Origin: Spirochaetia bacterium
GTDB lineage: Bacteria > Spirochaetota > Spirochaetia > DSM-16054 > Sediminispirochaetaceae
DNA length: 64,000 nucleotides
Direction: 5' to 3'
NCBI GenBank assembly: GCA_034520965.1
Contig: JAXHMY010000002.1
Location: forward strand, 1 to 64,000
The translations under genes were made by a program, and so were the position numbers. Under the pieces are notes generated by a model, which saw only the letters and a program-made list of their open reading frames with translations, was not told the origin of the DNA and searched no databases. Each line of letters begins with the position of its first letter. Positions within the stretch are counted from its first letter, which is position 1. Shown one piece after another: positions 33,398 through 43,676 of this stretch.

Positions 33398-35362
33398 CCC
33401 TAGTTCTGCAGCCCTTTAAATAATCCGACAAAATATTTTTCTTTCCCATAACAACATAGGGGAGATTTTTTTTAAATTTAACAACATATAATAGTTGCGT
33501 TGTGTTACGTTTTGTGCTATGCTCTTTTTATAGGGGAGGGGGCAGCATGTATTTGAAAAAAAGCACCTCGTCAAAGACAGGGCGTACGCAGCTTTCAATT
33601 GTGCACGGGTTTCGTGACAGCCAGGGAAAAACAAGGCAGAAAACGATTATGAGCCTTGGATATCTTGATGTGTTGGAAAAACAGTACGATGAGCCCATCG
33701 CTCACTTTGAACAGGTTGCAGAGCAAATGGATCAAGCTCGAAAGAGGAGAACCACACCATCGACCTTTCCATCTCTCCTCACTCGACTTTACCTCTCGGC
33801 ACTGACAACAGAAAGAACTTCGGCCATGTGGTCTTCTCTCATCTCTACCACGAAATGGAGCTGGACTATTTCATCAACAACCGCAGGCGCTACACCGATG
33901 CTCAGTACAATCACAACGCAATTTTCAAGATGCTCGTTTATTCCCGCCTCCTTGCCCCCGGCTCAAAGAAACGGGCATTTGAAAAGCGGAATATGCTCTT
34001 CGATAAAATGGATTTCTCCCTCGATGACGTATACCGCTCTCTTTCCTTCTTTGCACAATTCAAGGATCCGATGCTCCTGGCCATACATAAGCGGATTAAA
34101 AAGCTCTACGGCCGGGATACTTCACTGGTCTACTACGATGTGACCAACTACTACTTCGAGATATCTAAGCAGGATGAGCTCAGGCGTAAAGGGGTCTCTA
34201 AAGAACACAGGCCTGATCCGATCGTCCAGATGGGGCTGTTCATGGACACCGACGGTATTCCGCTGACCTACGGCTTGTATCCGGGAAATATGCTCGACAA
34301 GCAAACCCTCATTCCGATGATTCATCAGATCCGTAAAAAGTACGAACTGGGGCGGTTTATCGTGGTCGGCGATAGGGGAATGATCTCCGGGGATAACATT
34401 CGCCGGATTCTCATTGACCGTTGTGGGTACGTGCTCAGTTATTCAATACGGGCTGCTGATGCAGCCTTTAAGGAATATGTGCTTGATCAGAGTGAGTACC
34501 GGGAGATCGGCCGGGAAGGGTTCAAGATCAAGTCGCGCATCTACCCCAGAGAGATTTATGTCTCTACGCTGCAAGGCAAGAGACAGAAGATTTCGGTCAA
34601 TGAGAAGCATATTGTGTTCTACAGTCCTGACTATGCCAAGAAAGCAAAGGCGGACCGAGAGGCGGTGTTGTCGAAAGCGCAAAAACTCATCTCATCTCCT
34701 GCCGCCTATGCCAAAGCAAACTCCTATGGGGCTGCCAAATATGTGAAAGACCTCACCTTCTCCCCATCCTCCGGTGAACTGGTCGGTGATGCTAAACATT
34801 TCCTCATTGCCGATAAGGATGCTCTTGCCGAAGAAGAAAAATACGATGGCTATTACGCTATTGTAACCAGTGAGCTTGATAAGGAGGATGAGAACATCGT
34901 CGAGATCTACCGGGGACTTTGGAAGATAGAGGATTCTTTCAGGGTCACTAAAAGTGATCTTGAGACCCGTCCGGTGTACGTCTCCCGAGAAGATCACATC
35001 GAAGCACATTTTCTCAGCTGTTTTGTAGCTCTTGTGCTATTACGGTTGTTGGAGAAAAGACTCGGGTGCAAGTACCCTGTACAGAAGATACTCCAAAGCC
35101 TAAGGCGCAGCTCATGCTCACTATTGGAAGAGAATATGTATCTGTTTGATTATTATGACCAGGTGCTCTCGGATATCGGAGAGACTATGAGCATCGACTT
35201 TAGCCGAAAATACCGAACTGCCGGAGAAATTAAAAAAATCTTCGGCAGATCCAAAAAAAAGGGCTAAAACACAACAGTCTTGTGTTTTTAGTGCCCCCAT
35301 GCAATTTGTTATAAAGTAGTTAGTTACGACTCATATTTTGCTTTTTAGCTGCAAAAGTCGAG
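33398..35362 (+). mobile_element. IS1634-family insertion sequence
   Basis: Imperfect IRs CCCTAGTTCTGCAGC vs revcomp CTCGACTTTTGCAGC, one large transposase, long flanking direct repeats. Ends uncertain by a few bp. Confidence 0.88.
33547..35267 (+). CDS. IS1634-family DDE transposase (frameshift near 33750)
   Basis: YYDVTNYYFE, GVSKEHRPD, VGDRGM, YRGLWKIEDSFRVTKSDL, RPVY…HIEAHFLSCFVAL. Confidence 0.93.
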
Positions 35363-35453
35363 ATTATATACTTTAAAATCAGTTTGGAGAGTTGTCAATA
35401 AAAAAGTAATGGTTCAAACCATGGGGAATTGAAGCAGGGAGTTCAAATTACCC
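35363..35453. repeat. ~90-bp direct repeat, right copy
   Basis: Counterpart of 33308-33397. Confidence 0.92.
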
Positions 35454-36677
35454 CCTCTATTAGAGTGTACCCACACTTTATTTTAGAGGAGGCCTGCCAA
35501 TGCTTATCCCCCATTTTGTCCCCATTCCGAATGTGAATATCACACCCAGCCACCTGACCACGGGCGCTGGTACTACACCAATGGCAGCTACAGACCCTGG
35601 CCCATGGGACGGTCACCCGTTTCAAATGCCTCGGATGCGGAGGAGGCTTTAGCGAGCAAACCTTCCGCCTGGACTACTATGTAAAGAGAAAGCTCGACTA
35701 TCAGGTGATTTTCGATCATATGACCAACTGCGGGGGAGTGCGTAAAACCGCCCGTATAATGGAGGTCAGCCACCAAGCGATCATCAACCGCTTGGGCCGC
35801 CTCGCCCGCCAGGCCATTGCCCTGCAGGCGGATATCCTCCAGGACTATGTTCCCTGCGAGGATCTGGTCACCGACGGCTTCGAGAGCTTTGTCAGCGATC
35901 AGTTCCAGCCGAATAACATTCACATCCTGGCCGGCAAGAGTTCACAGTTCTTTATCACCTTTGACTATGCCCATTTGCGGCGCAAGGGAAAGATGACCGA
36001 ACTGCAGAAGGCCGAACGTGACCAGCGGGAGAGGCACTACATCCGCAAGAGAATCTCCATTAGTCAGTCCTTCCTGCAGATTGTCGATTTGGTCGAGCAA
36101 TATGCGCAGAAGCGGCGACTCACCTGCCTTTACAGCGATGAGAAGCTCGAGTATCAAAGATTGGTCATGGGTTCGGATGTGCTCCAGAGCCTAAAAAGCG
36201 AGGGGAGGTTTGAGCATGTGAGAATCTTCTTCCCTTTTGGCGCGCACCATCGACAATCCACTTTTTTCTGTCAACTATCTGGACAGGCAATTTAGGAAGG
36301 ATAATGCCAATTATGTGCGCGAGACGGTCCGCTTCTCCCAGAATGTGAATAACTGTCTTGAGCGCATGGCGGTCTACCAGCTGTATCAGAATTATTTTAA
36401 GCCCTTTCGCATCGGAGATCCATTTCTTCAGAACTTCTCCCATGCCGAGGTGGCCGGTGTGCCCCGGGGTAAAATCGCGAGAGGGCTGCGGGGTATCTTT
36501 ACCATGCGCAAGTTCTACACGCATGTAAAGCTCAACTGGTCACAGCTGATGGTATGGGCACGGATGACCGGAACCCTGGATAAGTTCGACGGGATGTACT
36601 GGCCCAAATATGTGTGGATGTAACCTCCCTTACTCGCAGCCGGCGTGTGAAAAATTGGATCCCCCATGGTTTGAACC
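35411..36677 (+). mobile_element. IS1-like insertion sequence, about 1.27 kb, family uncertain
   Basis: Perfect inverted repeat (TAAT)GGTTCAAACCATGGGG at 35407-35426 and 36662-36681, enclosing a single transposase-like gene. Confidence 0.8.
35500..36623 (+). CDS. IS1-like transposase (zinc ribbon-HTH-catalytic domain), frameshifted
   Basis: GAGGAGG RBS. Reconstructed FCPHSEC…RFKCLGC zinc ribbon, HTH GVRKTARIMEVSHQAI, LVTDGFESF, LYSDEK, RETVRFSQ. Confidence 0.7.
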
Positions 36678-36678
36678 A

Positions 36679-38706
36679 TTAATCTTTTTTCGCAAAATGG
36701 GAGAACTCCATCCCAAATGTCCCGCGCCCCTGGGTAATACTACGAAGAGCGGTCGAATAGCCGAACATCTGCGCCAAGGGAACAGAGGCTCGTACATGTT
36801 CCATGCTAGGCTTGCTTTCAAGACTTTCAATCAAGCCGCTGCGGCCAGTTAGATGGCTCATCACATCGCCTATAAATTCTTTTGGTGCCATTACATCAAC
36901 ATGCATTACCGGTTCCAGCAGGATCGGCTCGGCTTTCCGGCAGGCAGCATCGAAACCAAGGGAGCCGGCAGCTTCATAGGCAAAACTGGTGGCTGTCTGT
37001 TCGTCATATTCAGCATCAACCAGTGTCGCTTTAATATCAATAGACGGGTAGCCATACATAATGCCGGAGGAAAATGCGTTTTTTACCCCCCTTTCTACAG
37101 CGTCTTGATGCTCTCGGGGCAGTACCTTTTCATCGATATTACACACATACTGATCACCCTCGCCTCGGCTAAGTGGTTCTACCTTCAAGGTAATTCTTGC
37201 ATTGTTCTCCTTACCGGCAACAATTTTATGGAACTCTTCGGTATGAGTGGCTGTCTTTGAGATAGACTCACGGTAGGTGACCTGTGGGTTTCCTATCTTG
37301 GCATCTACCTTGAAGTCTTTCATGACTCGCGTTACCAGCACATCCAGATGCAGTTCACCCATACCGGAAATTATCAGCTGCCCGGTTTCTTCGTTTTCTT
37401 TTACAATAAAAGTGGGATCTTCTTGTTTAAGCAGCTCTAAGACCTTTTTCAGTTTCGCCTGGTCGGAAATGGTTTTAGGCTCGATGGCCACGTGAATAAC
37501 CGGCTCCGGGAACTGCATCTTTTCCAATAGAATTTTTTTTCCTTCCGATCCAATCGTATCTCCGGTTTGGGCAAGCTTAAAGCCGACTATCACTGCAATA
37601 TCACCTGCGCTTACCTTTTCCAGGGGCTCATTCCGGTTGGAGTGCATGCGAAGTATTCGGTTTACCCGTTCCCGTTTGTTTTTGGTAATATTGTAAATTG
37701 CAGTACCTTTTTTAATTTCGCCGCGGTACATTCGAATGAAACTCAATGAGCCTGCTTCCCGATCAGCTTGAATTTTAAACACTAGTCCCAGGGGCTGCTC
37801 TTTTTCATCCGCCTCGACGACTACCGTTTCCTCTGTTTTTACATCGATTCCATGAATCGGAGGGGCTTCCCAGGGAGATGGGAGATAATCAAGCACTCCA
37901 TCTAACAGCGGTTGCACTCCAATGTTTTTTAAGGATGCTCCCACAAATACCGGCACTATGGTCCTATTAAGAGTTTGAGTACGGATCGCCTGCTGGAGCA
38001 TTTCAACCGGGATATCCTTTCCTTCAAGATAAAGATCGGTAATATTTTCAGCGTAGGCAGAGACAGTATCGATTAGGTGTTCACGCCATTCCCCGGCTTT
38101 GGCTTTCCACTCCTCGGAAATTGGGCTGCGCTTCACCTCACTGCCGTAAGAGGTAGCTTCGAAATTTACTTCTTCCATACTCACCAGGTCGATTATGCCA
38201 TAAAAATCACCCTCCTTGCCCATCGGCAGGTATAATGGTAGGGGATTTGCATTTAGCTTTTCGGATATCTCTTCAACTACTGCATAAAAATCGGCACCCA
38301 GACGGTCCATTTTGTTTATATAGGCAATTCGTGGAATTTTATAGTAATCGGATTGATGCCATACTGTCTCCGATTGCGGTTCGACTCCTCCAACCGCACA
38401 GAATATACCAATAGCACCGTCCAACACCCGCAGAGATCGTTCAACCTCGGCGGTAAAATCCACATGCCCCGGGGTATCGATAATATTTATTTGGCAATCC
38501 TTCCAGAAACAGGTAGTTGCCGCGGAGGTAATTGTGATCCCACGGTTCTGTTCCTGTTCCATCCAGTCCATTACCGCCTCGCCGTCGTCGACCTCACCAA
38601 TACGATGACTTTTTCCTGTATAATATAAAATACGCTCGGTAGTTGTTGTCTTTCCGGCATCGATATGAGCCATGATTCCTATATTGCGCATAAATTTATG
38701 TGCCAT
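36679..38706 (-). CDS. fusA: Elongation factor G (resembles the spirochaete EF-G2 recycling-type paralog)
   Basis: [44 protein letters not shown]. Domain IV lacks the canonical KQ(S/T)GG.GQ loop (KIVAGKEN instead). Not in an rpsL-rpsG operon. Confidence 0.92.
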   Translation of the reverse strand: MAHKFMRNIGIMAHIDAGKTTTTERILYYTGKSHRIGEVDDGEAVMDWMEQEQNRGITITSAATTCFWKDCQINIIDTPGHVDFTAEVERSLRVLDGAIGIFCAVGGVEPQSETVWHQSDYYKIPRIAYINKMDRLGADFYAVVEEISEKLNANPLPLYLPMGKEGDFYGIIDLVSMEEVNFEATSYGSEVKRSPISEEWKAKAGEWREHLIDTVSAYAENITDLYLEGKDIPVEMLQQAIRTQTLNRTIVPVFVGASLKNIGVQPLLDGVLDYLPSPWEAPPIHGIDVKTEETVVVEADEKEQPLGLVFKIQADREAGSLSFIRMYRGEIKKGTAIYNITKNKRERVNRILRMHSNRNEPLEKVSAGDIAVIVGFKLAQTGDTIGSEGKKILLEKMQFPEPVIHVAIEPKTISDQAKLKKVLELLKQEDPTFIVKENEETGQLIISGMGELHLDVLVTRVMKDFKVDAKIGNPQVTYRESISKTATHTEEFHKIVAGKENNARITLKVEPLSRGEGDQYVCNIDEKVLPREHQDAVERGVKNAFSSGIMYGYPSIDIKATLVDAEYDEQTATSFAYEAAGSLGFDAACRKAEPILLEPVMHVDVMAPKEFIGDVMSHLTGRSGLIESLESKPSMEHVRASVPLAQMFGYSTALRSITQGRGTFGMEFSHFAKKD

Positions 38707-38850
38707 TCGGTATCCCCTTGTTATGTTCATTAACTAAAAGTATTTAGGTTCTATCAAGTATATAAAAAAAAATGGAACGTGAAAAGCTGTAATTTCTTTT
38801 GGATGAGAAATCTGCTTGGCAGACCGAAATATTTTTTAGAATTCCTGGTA

Positions 38851-38879
38851 TTGACACTTCTTTCGCTATTTGATAGATT
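38851..38879 (+). promoter_or_regulatory. Sigma70 promoter of tRNA-Val(TAC)
   Basis: TTGACA-17 bp-TAGATT, ending 15 bp upstream of the tRNA. Confidence 0.7.
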
Positions 38880-38893
38880 CCACTCATCAGTTC

Positions 38894-38966
38894 GGGTGGT
38901 TAGCTCAGTTGGGAGAGCGCCTGCCTTACAAGCAGGATGTCACTGGTTCAAGTCCAGTACCGCCCA
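38894..38966 (+). tRNA. tRNA-Val(TAC)
   Basis: GGGTGGTTAGCTCAGTTGGGAGAGCG CCTGC CTTACAA GCAGG … GGTTCAAGTCC … ACCGCCCA. Confidence 0.96.
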
Positions 38967-39000
38967 TTCTTAATTGCCTATTGCATAACAATTTAGAATT

Positions 39001-39029
39001 AAGCAGCCTGAACCGGGCTGCTTTTTTTT
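39001..39029 (+). terminator. Intrinsic terminator after tRNA-Val(TAC)
   Basis: AAGCAGCCTG-aac-CGGGCTGC followed by T8. Confidence 0.85.
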
Positions 39030-39116
39030 GTGCCAGTTAAATGTCCAGCTAAATGCCCCTCACGTGGAGTTTATAAAAAAGTTGCACCATTACGAATTCT
39101 TTATTAAAGTAACAGC

Positions 39117-40238
39117 GTGAAAAGAAAACAAACTGGAGCCCTAAAAAGCTGTACCTTTCTCATCAATCCGACCAGGCAACCTTCGTCGGTAAGGGTTCTA
39201 AAAAAAATCCTTAAAAAACGGACCTCCGCAGAGATAATCGAAACCAGCAATCGGGAAGAACTAAGCAACGAGGTGGTGAAGTTTTGCAAGGGGCCAGGGG
39301 AAAACCTTGTTATCTGGGGCGGAGATGGGACGGTCCATGATGCGATCAACGCCATGATGATCCACCCTCCCCAAGGAAAAGCCCTCGGTTTTCTTCGCGG
39401 CGGTACCGGTAACGGCATTCAGGATTCATATGAAATTCCCTGGAGAATAAGTCGTCAAATTGAAACCTACATCAAGAGTGCGGATAATAGATTTTATGAA
39501 GCTGTGGACCTGCTCAAAATAGAGACAAAACAAAAAGCTTTGTACGGGCAGCTGGTAGGTGTTGGTGTTGATGCAGATATTTTAAGGCTAAGAAATGATC
39601 AATTTGTATCTGTTACGGACACAGCCAAAGACACAGCAACAGCAACAGCCACCACCGCCGCAGGTATTAGGTTTTACATTGGTGCTGGTCTCAAGGTACT
39701 CAGAACCTTCGATTTTAAAGAAGTAAAAAGTAAAACCCTCACCTTTACTAATGGCAAGTATGCACTGAAAGGTGGTAAGATCAATGCCGAATTTCCCTTT
39801 AAAACCTTGGTGCGCGGCACAAAATCTACTTTAGTTGAAATTGGTACCCGTCCGTACTATGGAAAAGGTTTCAAAATTTGTCCGGATGTAGTGTGTAACG
39901 ACGGTAAAATGGATGCCTATTTATTTCAATTTACCAATCATTTTTCGGTTATTCGGAATATTGTTTCGGTTTGGAACGGCTGGCACGATAGGGTTAATCG
40001 ACATTTGGTTAAAGCCGGGTATCCTCTGATTGAACGTTACGAGGTTGAATCTACCGTAATCCGGATGGAAAAACCCTTTTCTTTCCATGTAGATGGAGAA
40101 CTGTATCATACAGGTCCTGACGCTGAGATTAGAATTTCTATTATGCCGCAAGTAGTAAACTTTTTAGTGCCTGAGCACTTTTACCGAAAATTTCACCCCT
40201 TCTTCTTTGAAGAGGCTGGAGTAAACATCCATAAGTAA
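39117..40238 (+). CDS. Diacylglycerol/lipid kinase family protein
   Basis: LINP, WGGDGT, GGTGN, YYGKGFKICP, DGKMD, FHVDGE. Confidence 0.85.
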   Translation: MKRKQTGALKSCTFLINPTRQPSSVRVLKKILKKRTSAEIIETSNREELSNEVVKFCKGPGENLVIWGGDGTVHDAINAMMIHPPQGKALGFLRGGTGNGIQDSYEIPWRISRQIETYIKSADNRFYEAVDLLKIETKQKALYGQLVGVGVDADILRLRNDQFVSVTDTAKDTATATATTAAGIRFYIGAGLKVLRTFDFKEVKSKTLTFTNGKYALKGGKINAEFPFKTLVRGTKSTLVEIGTRPYYGKGFKICPDVVCNDGKMDAYLFQFTNHFSVIRNIVSVWNGWHDRVNRHLVKAGYPLIERYEVESTVIRMEKPFSFHVDGELYHTGPDAEIRISIMPQVVNFLVPEHFYRKFHPFFFEEAGVNIHK

Positions 40239-40297
40239 AAGCTTCACAAGTAAGTCAATCTCTTTACAGGCAACTATCCAGGCTATATTATGTCGAT

Positions 40298-40984
40298 ATG
40301 AGCGATATAGAGAAAAATATTTACGAGATACGCGATAAAATTGACGAGGCTGCCAAAAAAGCCGGGCGTTCCGGCAAAGATGTTCAGCTCATGGCTGTAA
40401 GCAAAACTAAAACCCGTGAGCAGGTTGAGGCGGCCTACCAGGCAGGGTTGCGCTTGTTTGGCGAAAACAGGGTACAGGAAGCCTATGAAAAATATGAGGG
40501 GTTTCATTCGGATGCAAGTCTCCATTTGATAGGACACCTTCAAAGCAACAAAGCCAAGCAGGCGGTGGAAATTGCCTGTTGTGTTCAATCAATTGATAAG
40601 CTTAAAACAGCTCGGGAACTTGAAAAGCGCTGCGCCGCAGTCGATAAGCAGATGGATATTTTTATGGAGTTTAATACATCGGGCGAAGATTCGAAAAGCG
40701 GGTATCTTTCCAAAGATTCTATGTATGCCGATATAGAGCAGATAGCATCATTTCCGCACTTGCATATCAGAGGTTTAATGACCATCGGTCCTTTTACCGA
40801 CGACATCGATGCGGTTCGGAGGGCCTTTGCTCTGCTGAAAAGTTATTATGAGGAGAGCAAGGAACGCTTTCCTGAGCTGCCGATCGATCAGCTTTCGATG
40901 GGCATGACTTCAGATTTCGAAACTGCAGTCGAGGAGGGCTCCACGATGGTGCGTATAGGAACGGCACTGTTCGGGTCCCGTTAG
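40298..40984 (+). CDS. yggS: PLP homeostasis protein YggS
   Basis: MAVSKT, FGENRVQE, IGHLQSNK, GLMTI, LSMGMTSD, VRIGTALFG. Confidence 0.95.
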   Translation: MSDIEKNIYEIRDKIDEAAKKAGRSGKDVQLMAVSKTKTREQVEAAYQAGLRLFGENRVQEAYEKYEGFHSDASLHLIGHLQSNKAKQAVEIACCVQSIDKLKTARELEKRCAAVDKQMDIFMEFNTSGEDSKSGYLSKDSMYADIEQIASFPHLHIRGLMTIGPFTDDIDAVRRAFALLKSYYEESKERFPELPIDQLSMGMTSDFETAVEEGSTMVRIGTALFGSR

Positions 40985-40990
40985 TTCAGC

Positions 40991-41383
40991 ATGAGTGTAC
41001 GAGCAAGGTCACTATTACTGTGCACATTACTTGTGGCTCTTTTCTCCTCTCCCCTGTATGTCTGGGGACAAAGCGATGAGTATGAGGCTTATAAACCGGA
41101 TGAGTTTCCCGAGTGGGCCCATTCTGTGAGGAGGTTTGAAACCATCTTTTTCGGTTCGCTGCCGTTTACATTTTTGTTCAGTTCCTTGGGGTTTGATATG
41201 TACGCGTACTCTTCCAGCGGCTTTCAGCAGGAGTACTTACCCCTTTTTTTAGGAACATCCCCGGAGAAGGAAGAGTTTACCAGAGATACTAGATTGCAAA
41301 AAATAGGAGTAAGTATATCACTTTCGCTGCTTATAGCGTTGGTGGATCTTATTATTGATACACAAAAAAATGCAGAAAACTAA
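40991..41383 (+). CDS. Hypothetical membrane protein
   Basis: Signal-like N-terminus, EFPEWAHSVRRFE motif, two hydrophobic segments, operonic position. Confidence 0.7.
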   Translation: MSVRARSLLLCTLLVALFSSPLYVWGQSDEYEAYKPDEFPEWAHSVRRFETIFFGSLPFTFLFSSLGFDMYAYSSSGFQQEYLPLFLGTSPEKEEFTRDTRLQKIGVSISLSLLIALVDLIIDTQKNAEN

Positions 41384-42305
41384 GTTACATGCACGCATAG
41401 AGGAACTCGAAGCACATGGGCTTCGAGCCGATCGATATATATCGGATTTTCTCCAACTATTTCCGCGCAGCCAGATTAAACAGCGTGAGGTAGAAATAGA
41501 AATAAATGGTCATCAGGCAAAATTAAGCAGAGCCCTGCGTGTTGGGGATGAGCTGGATGTATATTATATGCCCGAGCGCCCACTCCAGATTGAACCTGAA
41601 AATATACCCTTAGATATCATTTATGAGAACAACCACTGTCTGGTAATAAATAAGCCCCAGGGAATGGTGGTTCATCCGGCTGCCGGAAACTACTCCGGTA
41701 CTCTGGTTCAGGCTTTGCTTTGGCATGTGCCCCAGTTACAGACTAATTTTACGGATGATCTTCTTCGGCCGGGGATAGTCCATCGTTTGGACAAGGATAC
41801 TTCCGGCATAATCATTGCTGCCAAAACTCCGCAGGCCCTGGAGTTTCTCTCAAAACAGTTTGTAAATAAAACTTTGTCGAAGCACTACCTTGCAATAGTC
41901 AAAGGGGTTATTCAAAAACCGCATGGCCACATAGATTATCCGATTGCCAGAGACCCTTACCACCGTAAGCGCTTTACCTGGAAAAGAAGCGACGGCAAAG
42001 AAGCTCATACAAACTACCGGGTGATGAGAATTTTTTCAAAGACAAGCTTCGTAGCCTTAACCCCCAGTACCGGACGTACCCATCAGCTGCGAGTTCACAT
42101 GAGTTCACTTGGCCATCCGATTGTCGGCGATTCCCTGTACAGCAGATCCGGCGGCAGCGGAAAATCCTATTCGCTGATGCTGCATGCCTACAAACTAAAA
42201 ATCCAGCTTCCCGGAGAAAAAGAAACTCGTATCTTCAGAGCACACTTGCCGACTCATTTCCGGAAAGCACTGATCGAGCTGCGTCTTGGTAAGAGTAACG
42301 CCTAA
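41370..42305 (+). CDS. rluD: RluA/RluD-family 23S rRNA pseudouridine synthase
   Basis: S4-like N-terminus, NKPQGMVVHP, GIVHRLDKDTSG, TGRTHQLRVH, GHPIVGD. Confidence 0.9.
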   Translation: MQKTKLHARIEELEAHGLRADRYISDFLQLFPRSQIKQREVEIEINGHQAKLSRALRVGDELDVYYMPERPLQIEPENIPLDIIYENNHCLVINKPQGMVVHPAAGNYSGTLVQALLWHVPQLQTNFTDDLLRPGIVHRLDKDTSGIIIAAKTPQALEFLSKQFVNKTLSKHYLAIVKGVIQKPHGHIDYPIARDPYHRKRFTWKRSDGKEAHTNYRVMRIFSKTSFVALTPSTGRTHQLRVHMSSLGHPIVGDSLYSRSGGSGKSYSLMLHAYKLKIQLPGEKETRIFRAHLPTHFRKALIELRLGKSNA

Positions 42306-42347
42306 GTCAAAAATTAAAGTCAAAAATGAAGCTTTGTTCGGGCAGTT

Positions 42348-42926
42348 TTATGTATCTCTGAGCAGTTTGAGATCCGGGTTAAACATTTTTTCCGCTTTCA
42401 AGCTTGAGGGCGGACCATGGCCGGGCAGGACTAAAGTAGTTTCAGGCATTGAAAACAACTTTTCACTGATGGAACGAAGGAGGAGGGCTCTGGAAAAACT
42501 GTTTTTTGTATTGCCCACACGGCCGGCGGCCAGTACATCTCCGGTAAATACCATTCCACCGATATGATAAATAAGTGAATCTGAAGAGTGTCCGGGAACT
42601 TCAATAACCTCTACCTCTATGCCGGATGCTGCGTTAAACTTGTCCCCGTCTTTAATCGGTATTGAGGGAAAATCTAAAATATAAGGAGAAAAAGCATATA
42701 TATCGGCATCGTAAATTTTTTTAAGGGTCCGAATTCCTTTTACATGGGAATTATGATGATGGGTAACGAGAATGGTACGAATGGTGTATTTATTCCCTTC
42801 AATGAGGGTCAACAGCTCTTTATCCATGATTCCCGGATCAACTATAATTGCATCGCCTCCGCCGTTGGGACCAATCAAATAGGTGTTTGCAAAGCCTACA
42901 ACAGCAAAGTGAAAATATAACTTCAT
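42348..42926 (-). CDS. Metallo-beta-lactamase-fold hydrolase (glyoxalase II-like)
   Basis: THHHNSH, PGHS, FTGD, LPGHG. Confidence 0.85.
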   Translation of the reverse strand: MKLYFHFAVVGFANTYLIGPNGGGDAIIVDPGIMDKELLTLIEGNKYTIRTILVTHHHNSHVKGIRTLKKIYDADIYAFSPYILDFPSIPIKDGDKFNAASGIEVEVIEVPGHSSDSLIYHIGGMVFTGDVLAAGRVGNTKNSFSRALLLRSISEKLFSMPETTLVLPGHGPPSSLKAEKMFNPDLKLLRDT

Positions 42927-43519
42927 ATAGCGGTATCCTGTTGAAAGCGGGCTTCTTCATAGTTTGAGTACTTAAAACTCACTGTTTCTCTAGAACTGCT
43001 TACAAAATCTGCTTTCTTTAGATTGCAGTCGACAAAACTTACATCATGTAATACTGCGCTTGTAAAGTTCGAATAATACAGGTCGGAGTCATTAAATACG
43101 CAGTTCTCAGCGTTTATTCCCAAAAAATTAGTATGCACTATGTCGGAGTCTTTAAAATCGCAGTTAATAAAAGTACTGCCGGCGAAAACGGAGTACTTAA
43201 TATTTGTTTCAGTAAACCGACAGTTTTCAAATCGTGAATATTGTAAAAAGCACAAATCAAAACTACTATGGGAAAAGTCCACGTTCTTAAAACTGCTTTC
43301 GGAAAAATTGCACACCATAAATGTATGGTCGCTAAAGTCGCTATCCTCAACATTGATACACGAGGAGTTCAAGTCTTTCAAGACTTTAGTATCACGGATA
43401 ATCTCTATTAGGCGTGCATTACAGGCTTCAGGCTTATCCACATGATGAAGACAGTAGTCTTCTCCGTGGGCGGCATACAATTGACAGTCCGATTTTTGAC
43501 ATGTATTAAACAGAAACAT
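42923..43519 (-). CDS. Pentapeptide-repeat protein
   Basis: Regular 5-residue repeats (CNFSE SSFKN VDFSH SSFDL…) after an N-terminal Cys/His cluster. Confidence 0.88.
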   Translation of the reverse strand: MFLFNTCQKSDCQLYAAHGEDYCLHHVDKPEACNARLIEIIRDTKVLKDLNSSCINVEDSDFSDHTFMVCNFSESSFKNVDFSHSSFDLCFLQYSRFENCRFTETNIKYSVFAGSTFINCDFKDSDIVHTNFLGINAENCVFNDSDLYYSNFTSAVLHDVSFVDCNLKKADFVSSSRETVSFKYSNYEEARFQQDTAI

Positions 43520-43676
43520 ATGTATAGGGTATCGATTCTAGGACCATTATTCAATACATTATTCTAAAACTGAAGATGAACTATAATTTTCCAAATTCAG
43601 AACTTCTATGTTCAATAGTAGAAAATTGAATTGTATGCTAATATAGGCACCCACTATGTGAGAATGGAGTAGCTTG

